Source of the DNA: Candidatus Eiseniibacteriota bacterium
Lineage (GTDB): Bacteria; Eisenbacteria; RBG-16-71-46; SZUA-252
NCBI GenBank assembly: GCA_963703225.1
Contig: OY969801.1
Coordinates: 224,001-288,000, forward strand
Length of the DNA: 64,000 nt
Reading direction: 5' to 3'
Shown: positions 19,804 through 28,575 of the stretch, one piece after another
How the letters are laid out: each line of letters begins with the position of its first letter
How positions within the stretch are numbered: position 1 is the stretch's first letter
Notes under the pieces: model-generated
Databases searched by the model: none
Told to the model about the DNA's origin: nothing
The model's input: the letters and a program-made list of their open reading frames with translations, nothing else
Position numbers and translations under genes: made by a program

Positions 19804-21039
19804 ATGAAGCAAGACATCGACGCCCTGCTCCGCGAGCGCGGCTTGACCGCGGCCCTCGTCCTCAAGGGTGAGACTCCGAATCCCACCTTTCGGTACCTGG
19901 TGGGGCCTCCGGCGGCGCACATCTCCACCGCGATCTTGGTGTGGCGCCCGGGCCAGACCCCGCACATGGTGCACGCGATGATGGAGCGGGACAGCGCGTC
20001 GGCGACCGGATTCGATTTGAGCGAATACGGCGGCCACGGCTATCGCAAGATTCTCGAGGACGAAGGCTCGCGCGACCGTGCCATGGCCCGCCTCCTCTCC
20101 AAGGTGCTCGGGGGATTGGGCGTCAAGGGACCTATTCTGGTCCATGGGTTCAACGAGGTGGGGCGCTACTATCACATCCTGAACCGACTTAAAGAATGGG
20201 CGCCGGGGATCGAATTCGCGGAGGATGAAGATCTCGGTCTCTTTGACAGAGCCAGGGCCACGAAGGAGCCCGTCGAGGTCGACGCGGTCCGCTCGGTGGC
20301 ACGCGCGTGCAGCCGGGCCTACGCCCGCGTGCGCGAGGTGATCGGCGGCGGCCGCCTCGACGGCGGGAAGCTCAAGGATGCCGGGGGATGGGTCACGATC
20401 GGGAGGCTCCGCCGAGAGATCCGGCGGGTGTTCTTCGAGGCCGATCTCGAGGAGCCGCATGGGAACATCATCGCGATGGGACGCGACGCGGGCGTGCCGC
20501 ACAACGTGGGAAACGACCACGACGTACTGGAAGAGGGTCGCCCGATCGTGATCGATCTTTATCCCGCCCAGGCGGGCGGGGGATACTACTTTGACGTGAC
20601 GCGTACGCTCTGCGTGGGGCGGGCCTCCACCGAGCTCAAGGAGCTTCACTCGCTCGTTCGAGAGGCGGTCGACCGGACGGTCGACGCGCTCACGCCGGAA
20701 GCCCCGGCGCGGATCTACCAGGAGAAGGTTTGCGATCTCTTCGAGGCGCGAGGCCACAAGACGATCCGCCAGGACGAGCGGCTCCAAGAGGGCTACATAC
20801 ACGGGCTGGGCCACGGCATCGGACTCGAGGTGCACGAGCGGCCGAATCTCGGAGGCCCCTCGCAGAACAAGGATCGAATCGCGCTGGGATCGCTGTTCAC
20901 CGTCGAGCCCGGGCTATACTATCCGTCACGGAATCTTGGCGTGCGGATCGAGGACGTGGTCTACGCCCGGCCCGACGGCTCCTTCGACAATTTGACCGAC
21001 ATCCCCTACGAGCTAGAGGTCGCGCCCGCGTCCGCTTGA
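19804..21039 (+). CDS. M24 family Xaa-Pro aminopeptidase
   Basis: D..P, DVTRT, HGLGHGIGLEVHE, TVEPGLY, VRIED. Confidence 0.92.
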   Translation: MKQDIDALLRERGLTAALVLKGETPNPTFRYLVGPPAAHISTAILVWRPGQTPHMVHAMMERDSASATGFDLSEYGGHGYRKILEDEGSRDRAMARLLSKVLGGLGVKGPILVHGFNEVGRYYHILNRLKEWAPGIEFAEDEDLGLFDRARATKEPVEVDAVRSVARACSRAYARVREVIGGGRLDGGKLKDAGGWVTIGRLRREIRRVFFEADLEEPHGNIIAMGRDAGVPHNVGNDHDVLEEGRPIVIDLYPAQAGGGYYFDVTRTLCVGRASTELKELHSLVREAVDRTVDALTPEAPARIYQEKVCDLFEARGHKTIRQDERLQEGYIHGLGHGIGLEVHERPNLGGPSQNKDRIALGSLFTVEPGLYYPSRNLGVRIEDVVYARPDGSFDNLTDIPYELEVAPASA

Positions 21040-21073
21040 TGCCCCGCCCGCCGCTCGCCAGGGAGCGCACCCG

Positions 21074-22225
21074 ATGAGCCAAACCTCACGCGCGGTTTCG
21101 ACCAAGCGCCGCCGCGAAAGGGCTATCTTGGCGGGGCGCGCTAACTCCCGGGTACAACCCAATGGTGACAACCTTACCGAGCTGCGGCTCTTGGCTGAAA
21201 CCGCCGGAGCCGAAGTGCTGGGCGAGGTTCTTCAGCGACGCGGCTCGGTACGCTCCTCGACCTTCCTGAGCAAGGGGAAGATCGACGAGGTCCGGACGCT
21301 CTCGGAGGAGCGGAACGCCTCGCTCTTGCTCTTGGACGACGACCTTTCGCCCGCGCAGAGCCGAAACCTCGAAGAGGATCTGAATCTCCGCGTCGTGGAC
21401 CGGAGCGGGCTCATCCTCGACATCTTCGCCCGGCGCGCGCGGACGCGCGAGGCGAGGCTTCAGGTGGAGCTGGCTCAGCTCGAGTATGTGCTGCCGCGCC
21501 TGACCCGGATGTGGGAGCACCTCTCGCGCCTCGGAGGCGGGATCGGAACGAGGGGACCCGGAGAAACCCAGCTCGAGGTAGATCGACGCCGAATCCGCGA
21601 GCGAATCGCGAAGTTGAAGCGCGAGCTGGAGGGGGTCGTGCGCGAGCGGCGCGTCCAGCGCCGGGGACGGCGCGGCTGCTACAAGGCATCTCTGGTCGGC
21701 TACACGAACGCGGGAAAGTCGACGCTCTTCAACTCCCTGACGCGCGCCCGCGTCTTCGTGGAGGACCAGCTCTTCGCGACGCTCGATCCGACGACCCGGG
21801 TGTTCGCCGCGAACGGCGCGACGCGGGCCCTTCTCACCGACACGGTGGGGTTCATCCGAAAATTGCCTCCACACCTGGTCGCGTCGTTTCGCGCGACGCT
21901 CGAGGAGGTGACGGAGGCCGATCTCCTCCTCCACGTCATCGATGCGGCCGAGCCCGACCTCGAGCTCCACATCAGCTCGGTGGAATCGGTCTTGGACGCG
22001 ATCGGCGCGCTGGGCCGCCCGCGCCTCTTGGTCTTCAACAAGGTCGACTCCCTCGAGGATGATGTGGCGATCTTGGGTCTGCGCGCGCGCTATCCCGGCG
22101 CGGTCTTCGTCTCCGCGCTAAAGCGCGAGGGAATCTCCGAGCTGCGCGAGGAGGCCATGCGGAGGCTCCGCTCGGAGGACGGCTCGCTCCGAAGAGCGGG
22201 CGCGCGATACTCACCGCACCCGTGA
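21074..22225 (+). CDS. hflX: GTPase HflX
   Basis: GGIGTRGPGETQLE, GYTNAGKST, LFATLD, DTVGFI, NKVD. Confidence 0.97.
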   Translation: MSQTSRAVSTKRRRERAILAGRANSRVQPNGDNLTELRLLAETAGAEVLGEVLQRRGSVRSSTFLSKGKIDEVRTLSEERNASLLLLDDDLSPAQSRNLEEDLNLRVVDRSGLILDIFARRARTREARLQVELAQLEYVLPRLTRMWEHLSRLGGGIGTRGPGETQLEVDRRRIRERIAKLKRELEGVVRERRVQRRGRRGCYKASLVGYTNAGKSTLFNSLTRARVFVEDQLFATLDPTTRVFAANGATRALLTDTVGFIRKLPPHLVASFRATLEEVTEADLLLHVIDAAEPDLELHISSVESVLDAIGALGRPRLLVFNKVDSLEDDVAILGLRARYPGAVFVSALKREGISELREEAMRRLRSEDGSLRRAGARYSPHP

Positions 22226-23454
22226 TCGCCCCGGATCGGATCGGCCGGATCCAGGACGCGGTCCGCGAGGCAAAGCTCGCGGGCTGGCTCCTTTTCGACT
22301 TCCACGGCTCCAACCCGATCGCCCGGACCGTGCTCGGCCTGGTCGACGGGCCCGAAGCGCCCAAGACGACCCGGCGGTGGTTCTACCTCGTGCCGGCTCG
22401 AGGGGTGCCACAGAAGATCGTTCATCGATTGGAGCCTCACGCGCTCGACCATCTCCCCGGCGACGCTCACGTCTACCTGACCTGGCAGGAGCTGGAGCGC
22501 ACGGTGGCCAAGATCGTGGGCGGACTCCGTGAAACCGCCGGCTCGGCGACGGGAGGCGTTGCGGCGGTCGCGATGGAATATTCGCCGCTCGCGCGGCTCC
22601 CCTACGTGTCACGCGTCGATGGGGGAACCATCGAGTTGGTAAAGCGGAGCGGGGTCCACCTCGTCTCCTCCGCCGATCTCGCACAGCGCTTCGGGGGCGC
22701 GTTGGAGCCCGCCGCGCGCGAAGACCACCGCCGCACCGGGAAGGCGCTCATGGAGATCATCCAGGGCGCCTTTGTCCTGGCCCGCGACGCGGTCAGGGAC
22801 GGCGCGCCCCTTACCGAGGTGGTGCTCCAGCGTTGGGCCCTCGAGCGCTTCGCCGCCGCGGGGCTCGTCTCCGCCGACCCGCCCACGATCGCCGTCAACG
22901 CGCATTCGGGGGATCCCCATTTCACCACGACGCCCCAGCTGGATCGCGCCATCGGAACGGGCGATTTCCTCCTGATCGACGCCTGGGCCAAGGCCGCGCG
23001 GCCGGGCGCCGTCTACGCCGATTACACGCAGGTTGCATTCCTCGGACCGTCGGCACCCGAGCGACACCGGGTCGTGTTCGAAGCGGTCCGGGATGCCCGC
23101 GACGCGGCGATCGCGCGGGTGCGGGACGCGCTCCGCGCGGGGCAGCCTGTACGAGGCTGCGACGTGGACGACGCGGCGCGCGAGGTGATCCGGGCGCGAG
23201 GCTACGCCGACCGATTCGTCCACCGCACGGGCCACTCGATCGGCGAGGAAGTGCATTCGAATGGCGTCCACCTCGACAACCTCGAAACCCGGGATGAGCG
23301 CCGCTTGATCGAGGGGACGCTCGTCTCCGTCGAGCCCGGGATCTACCTCGAAGACTTCGGCGTGCGGAGCGAGGTCAATCTCCTGATCGACGGGGGCGAA
23401 GCGGTCGTGACTACCGACCCGATCCAGCGCGAGATCCTCGCGCTCCTTCCGTAG
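22222..23454 (+). CDS. M24 family metallopeptidase
   Basis: DPHF, IDAW, YADYT, HRTGHSIG, VEPGIY, GVRSE; GTGA overlap with hflX. Confidence 0.92.
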   Translation: MIAPDRIGRIQDAVREAKLAGWLLFDFHGSNPIARTVLGLVDGPEAPKTTRRWFYLVPARGVPQKIVHRLEPHALDHLPGDAHVYLTWQELERTVAKIVGGLRETAGSATGGVAAVAMEYSPLARLPYVSRVDGGTIELVKRSGVHLVSSADLAQRFGGALEPAAREDHRRTGKALMEIIQGAFVLARDAVRDGAPLTEVVLQRWALERFAAAGLVSADPPTIAVNAHSGDPHFTTTPQLDRAIGTGDFLLIDAWAKAARPGAVYADYTQVAFLGPSAPERHRVVFEAVRDARDAAIARVRDALRAGQPVRGCDVDDAAREVIRARGYADRFVHRTGHSIGEEVHSNGVHLDNLETRDERRLIEGTLVSVEPGIYLEDFGVRSEVNLLIDGGEAVVTTDPIQREILALLP

Positions 23455-23462
23455 CCGGCGCC

Positions 23463-23882
23463 ATGTCGGCCGCCATGGTTCCGCTCCGCGAGATCCGGCT
23501 TCGCACCTCCCGCTCCGGGGGTCCGGGCGGGCAGAACGTGAACAAGGTGGAAACCCGGGTCGAGGCTTCGTGGGACCTCGGAGCGTCGAGCGCGTTTTCC
23601 GACGCGCAGAAAGATCGGCTCCGCGCCGCGCTGAAGAGGCGGATCGCGGCGGACGGCACCATTCGCGTCGTGAGCCAACGGCACCGGAGCCAGCATCAGA
23701 ACCGCGCGGTGGCGGTGGAACGGCTCCGGGCGCTGGTCGCGGCGGCGCTCATGCCGCGAAAGAGGAGACGCTCCACGACGCCAACGGCTGCGTCGAGGAC
23801 GCACCGGCTCGAGGAGAAGAAGCGCCGCGGGGCCATCAAGCGCGAGCGTGGTAACATATTAAATAACAATAGTTTACGGTAA
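23463..23882 (+). CDS. arfB: Alternative ribosome-rescue peptidyl-tRNA hydrolase ArfB
   Basis: SRSGGPGGQNVNKVET, RSQHQNR and a basic C-terminal tail. Confidence 0.93.
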   Translation: MSAAMVPLREIRLRTSRSGGPGGQNVNKVETRVEASWDLGASSAFSDAQKDRLRAALKRRIAADGTIRVVSQRHRSQHQNRAVAVERLRALVAAALMPRKRRRSTTPTAASRTHRLEEKKRRGAIKRERGNILNNNSLR

Positions 23883-24047
23883 TTCGGCCCACCCCGCTCC
23901 CGCACGCCCCACCCAGTTTCCCCTCAACAAGACCTCCCCGGAAGTCGATATCTGACAGGGATTGGCGGCCTCCCGCGCGGGCGTCTTCTTGCCCCCGCGA
24001 AGCTCGGGAGCGGCGGTTCCACGGCGGCCCCGGAGACAGATCGGACC

Positions 24048-25765
24048 ATGAAATTCTTCCACTTCAAGCCGGGACCGCGGACGATCGCCTTCTCGGCGAT
24101 CGCGGCCATCATCGTCGGCATTGCCCTTCCCGTCGTATTTCTGAACCGCGTGGCGAGAGCGCCGCAAGAGCCTCCCGTGCCGATGCCGACCCCGCCTGAG
24201 GAAGTGTCCGCCCTTCCGCCACCGCCGACGGTCTTTCGCTTCTTCCAGGAGAGCCCCCAGAACGCTCGACCCGGGGCTCGCATCGGACGCCTACTCCTCC
24301 ACGGTCATCGCGCAGATCTACAGCCCGCTCGTCGGCCTCACCTCCGACCTGGAGCCGACGCCGCAGGTGGCCGACAGCTGGACCATCTCCCGCGACGGAT
24401 TGCAGTACGTCTTCCACATCCGCGAAGGCGTGCGATTCCACTCCGGGCGGGAGGTGACCGCGGAGGATTTCGCCTACAGCCTCACCCGCGTCTTCACCGA
24501 GCCATTCCTCTCCGAAGGGCTGGCGGCTGGCTATCTCGACGCGATCGACGGCGTTCACGAATTCATCGCGGGGAAGGCGACCGAGATCCGCGGCATCCGG
24601 GTGCTGGACGACCGGCAGATCCAGATCACGCTCAGCCATCCCTACAGGCCGCTTCTCACCGCCCTGGCGTTGGATCAGACCTCCGCGGTGCCGCGGGAGC
24701 TGGTGGAGAAGGGCGGGAAGGACGTCTTCGAGCGTGAACCGGTCGGCTGCGGGCCGTTCCGGTACGTGCGCCGCGATGCGGCCCAGGGGATCGTCCTCGC
24801 GGCCAACCCCGATTACTTCATGGGAAAACCGGCGATCGACACGCTCATCTTCTACGCGCCTCACGGCGACGTTACCTCCCAGGGAGCCGACGCACTCCTC
24901 GATGGCCGCGCCACGCTGAGCACGCTTCCGGTCAATCGGATCGAGGAATTCCGCGCGCGCCCTGGGATCACGATGCTCCGCTGGCAGGACCTGACGCTCG
25001 CGTTCCTGGGCATGAACGCGACGTTGCCGCCCCTCGACGACGCGCGGGTCCGCGAAGCGGTCGCGATGGCGATCGACCGACAGGCGATGCTCGATCTTCA
25101 ACCGGAAGGGAAAGCGCTGGCGTCGGGGATCCTCCCGCCCGGCCTCCCGGGGTATACCCCGGTGCAGAAGACCTACCCGCACGACCTGGCGAGGGCCAGG
25201 GAGCTACTGGCCGAGGCGGGATACGGCCCCGATCGACCGCTGCCGCCTGCTCCCGATCTACAAGTCGATCACGACCAATGCGGTGACGCTCCAGATCGAC
25301 TCGCTCATGGTGCGGTCGCTGGCGGAGGCCGGGATCATCGCGGAGCCCAAGTATGTTACGTGGGCCGATCTGGACAGCCTGATCACCGAGAGACAGGCGC
25401 CGATGTTCAGTCTCTCGTGGGTGGCCGATATTCCCGATCCGGACACGTTCCTCCGCGCTCTCTTCTACTCCACCAGCTCGACCAACTACTTCCGCTACTC
25501 CAACGCGATGGTGGACTCGCTCCTGGACGTCGCGCGCGGCACCGATGATCCCACGCTGCGCCAGGACGCGTACGAGCGCGCCGAGGAAGTGATCCTCCGG
25601 GAGGCCCCGTTCGTTCCGCTTCATCACCCGGCAAGCTTCATCGGCCTCAGGGATGACGTCGTAGGGTTGGAAATGAATCCGCTTGGAATCTCGACGCTGG
25701 CCATGGAAAAGCTCCGCTTCGCGGAGCCAAAGCCCGGTGAAGAGCACCGAAACGCCGGCCGCTGA
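24048..25765 (+). CDS. Family 5 (peptide/nickel) ABC solute-binding protein, broken by two frameshifts (~24255, ~25248)
   Basis: Three consecutive frames join into one protein: N-terminal TM anchor, TLDPGLASD..P.VADSW..FH.G, PVGCGPF, VREAVAMAIDR, WVADIPDPD.FL. The first break lies in the C5 run 24254-24258. Assembly error is more likely than a pseudogene. Confidence 0.82.
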
Positions 25766-28112
25766 CGGCCCGCGCCGGCCGCGCGCCGGTCTCCAAGCCC
25801 GGATCTTCCTCACCTTTGGGGTGATCGTCATCGGGCTCGTGGCGGCCGCCGTCGCGTTCCTGGTGCGCAGCGAGAGCGATTCCCTGCTCCGCGAGACCAA
25901 GAAGCGCGGATTCGCCGTCGCGCGGAGCATCGCGTGGCTCTCCACCCCTTCGCTCCTCTCCTACAACTACATCGCGCTCAATCAGGCCGCCAGCCGGTCC
26001 CAGGCCGGCAGCGAGATCGCCTACGTCATCATCTACGACAAGGAGGGGCAGATCGCGGCCGACAGCCGGTCGCACAACTCCTTCGGCCAGCCACCCCGCG
26101 ACACGGCTGACTTCGCGGCTCAGGCGGCGCGAGAGGAGAAGTGGAGCTTCATCGAGCCGCGCCGGCCCGGCGAAGGGCGGGTCCTCGAGATACTCCTCCC
26201 GGTCTACGTCGAGGGATATCAGGTGAAGTGGGGAACGGTCCGGGTCGGGATCTCGCTCAAGGGGCTCGACCGGGAGATCGCGGCGCTCACCCAGCATCTC
26301 ATCGTGGCCGGCATGATCGCTTCGATCCTCTGCCTGATCGGCGCGCGTCTGGCCGCGCGCGGCATCACCCGACCGATGGATCGGCTCGTCCTGGCCACCC
26401 GCGCGATCGCCCAAGGGGACTACTCCCAGCGCCTCCATCTCAAAAGCGGGGACGAGATCGAGACCCTGGCGTGGCACTTTGACCGAATGGCCGACGAAGT
26501 GCAGCGGCAGCAGGCGGAGATCCTCGCGAGCCGGGAGAATCTCGCGCGGTTGAACCAGGGCCTGGAGGCGGCCGTCCAGGCGCGAACGCACGCGCTGGCC
26601 GAATCGGAAGGGAAGTACCGAATTCTCGTCGAGAGCTCGCCCCAGGGAATCCTGATTCTCCAGTCGGGCAAAGTCGTCTTCGTCAATCCCGCGCTCGAGC
26701 AGATGACCGGTTGCTCGGCCCCGACGCTTCTGCGCACGGGATTCGATCCCATGATCCTCTTCGCCAAGGAATCCCACGAGGCCGTCTTGGAATCGGTCGA
26801 GTCGCCCCAGCGAAAGGGGACTCAGTTCGCGGCCGAGATGATCCACTCCTCCGGACGTCGGATCTTTGTCGAGGTGCAGACCGCTCCACTCGACTTTGAG
26901 AACGCCCCGGCGACGATGCTCCTGCTCTCGGACGTGACCGCCGTGCGGGATCTGCAAGACAGGCTCACCCGCGGCGAGAAGCTCCGGGCCCTTGGTGAGC
27001 TCGCCGCTGGGGTGGCGCACGACTTCAATAACAACCTGGGCATCATCCTCGGGCGGACGCAGCTCCTCCAGATGCGGATCACCGACCCCGAGCTGGCCGC
27101 GGGGCTCAACGTGGTCCGGCAAGCCGCGATGGACGCGGGCGAGGCGGTCCGGCGGATCCAGCAGTTCAGCCGCGTGCGCGAGGACCGGGCGCACGAGGTG
27201 GTCGATCTGCCCGCGCTCGCGCAGGAGGTCGTGGAAATCACTCGCGGGAAGTGGAAGAACGACAGCGAGCGCCGCGGCGTCAAGGTCGACGTGGGCATCG
27301 AAGTCCAGGATCCGCGCCCGATTTTGGGCTCCCGCGCGGAGCTTCGTGAAGCGCTCACCAATCTGATCTTCAACTCCGTCGACGCGCTGCCGAAGGGCGG
27401 GATGATCACCGTTCGGTGCCGCTCCGAGGGCGACGCCGCGATTCTGGAGGTCGCGGACAATGGGATCGGCATGACCGAGGACGTCAAGGCCCGGATGTTC
27501 GAGCCCTTCTTCACGACCAAAGGCGTCTCCGGAAACGGGCTCGGGCTCTCGATGGTCTATGGAATCGTCTCCCGCCATCAGGGCGCCGTGGAGGTGGACA
27601 CGGGGCCGGGCGCGGGCACGACCGTCCGAATGCGCCTCCCCGTGACCGACCAAGAGGGGAGCGCGGGGCCGTCCGGTGCCTTCGTCCGCCCGCCGTTCCA
27701 GGCCCGCATCCTCGTCGTGGACGACGAGCCCGAGATCTTGCGCGTGCTCCGTGAAGCCCTCGAGGGAAACGGGCACGTGGTCGAAACCGCTTCCTCCGGC
27801 TCGGAGGGGATCGAGCGATTCCGGCGGTCCCCGTTCGACGCGGTGCTCTCGGACGTCGGGATGTCCGACGTGAGCGGCTGGGAGGTGGCGCGGGCGGTCC
27901 GGCAGGAGGGTCCCCCGACGCTGGTTCTGGGGCTGGTCACGGGGTGGGGCGCCACGATCAGCGAAGAGATGGTGACCGCCCACGGAGTCAACTTCGTGAT
28001 CGCGAAGCCGTTTGACGTGGACGAGCTGGTGTCGAAACTAAATCAGGCGATCGAGGCTCTGGCCGTCACTCCGAATCGAGCCGCTTCACCCACCGCATCT
28101 CGCCCGACTTAA
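25737..28112 (+). CDS. Hybrid sensor histidine kinase (periplasmic sensor-HAMP-PAS-HisKA-HATPase-REC)
   Basis: AHDFNN, NLIFNS, DNGIGM, FFTTK, GLGLS, ILVVDDE, SDVGM, KPF; start GTG 25737 is inferred. Confidence 0.92.
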   Translation: MKSTETPAADGPRRPRAGLQARIFLTFGVIVIGLVAAAVAFLVRSESDSLLRETKKRGFAVARSIAWLSTPSLLSYNYIALNQAASRSQAGSEIAYVIIYDKEGQIAADSRSHNSFGQPPRDTADFAAQAAREEKWSFIEPRRPGEGRVLEILLPVYVEGYQVKWGTVRVGISLKGLDREIAALTQHLIVAGMIASILCLIGARLAARGITRPMDRLVLATRAIAQGDYSQRLHLKSGDEIETLAWHFDRMADEVQRQQAEILASRENLARLNQGLEAAVQARTHALAESEGKYRILVESSPQGILILQSGKVVFVNPALEQMTGCSAPTLLRTGFDPMILFAKESHEAVLESVESPQRKGTQFAAEMIHSSGRRIFVEVQTAPLDFENAPATMLLLSDVTAVRDLQDRLTRGEKLRALGELAAGVAHDFNNNLGIILGRTQLLQMRITDPELAAGLNVVRQAAMDAGEAVRRIQQFSRVREDRAHEVVDLPALAQEVVEITRGKWKNDSERRGVKVDVGIEVQDPRPILGSRAELREALTNLIFNSVDALPKGGMITVRCRSEGDAAILEVADNGIGMTEDVKARMFEPFFTTKGVSGNGLGLSMVYGIVSRHQGAVEVDTGPGAGTTVRMRLPVTDQEGSAGPSGAFVRPPFQARILVVDDEPEILRVLREALEGNGHVVETASSGSEGIERFRRSPFDAVLSDVGMSDVSGWEVARAVRQEGPPTLVLGLVTGWGATISEEMVTAHGVNFVIAKPFDVDELVSKLNQAIEALAVTPNRAASPTASRPT

Positions 28113-28575
28113 GCCGTCGCTCCCGGTAGCCGACCGCCTCCAGGAACCGCTCACCGTCGTCGTACCCCTGGGGCACTTCGGCCGTGATGGCCGTCGCTCC
28201 GTGCTCGTCCGCCAGGAATCGCTCGATCATCTCGAGCGCGGCTCTCCCGAACCCGTGACCCCGCTCGGCCTGGGAGAGCACCAGCCCGCGCAGAATCGAC
28301 GGCACCTCCTCCGACCCCACCTCCACCTCGAGCGTTCCGATCAGCGACTTGTTGTCGGTGCGCCGAACGGCGAAGTAGTAGCGGGCGTCGTCCGCGATCG
28401 CCTCCTCGTACATCATCTCGACGTGGACGGGGTCGAAGTCGGACGAGCCGGTCAGCGCCTCGAAATAATCGGGCGCGTCCAGATAGACCTTCCAGATCGT
28501 CGGGAGGTGTTCCGGTCCGGGAATCTCGAGATATACCTGCGGGCCATCAATCCGGGTCGTTGTCGACGCGCTCAT
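28066..28575 (-). CDS. GNAT family N-acetyltransferase
   Basis: ERGHGFG acetyl-CoA motif and RFLEAVGY; ATGA overlap with the upstream stop. Confidence 0.85.
   Translation of the reverse strand: MSASTTTRIDGPQVYLEIPGPEHLPTIWKVYLDAPDYFEALTGSSDFDPVHVEMMYEEAIADDARYYFAVRRTDNKSLIGTLEVEVGSEEVPSILRGLVLSQAERGHGFGRAALEMIERFLADEHGATAITAEVPQGYDDGERFLEAVGYRERRLKSGEMRWVKRLDSE

Noticed and set aside
24250..24262. Programmed frameshift or phase-variable tract in the SBP gene
   Set aside because: The C5 run is short and similar breaks occur across unrelated genes, favouring assembly error
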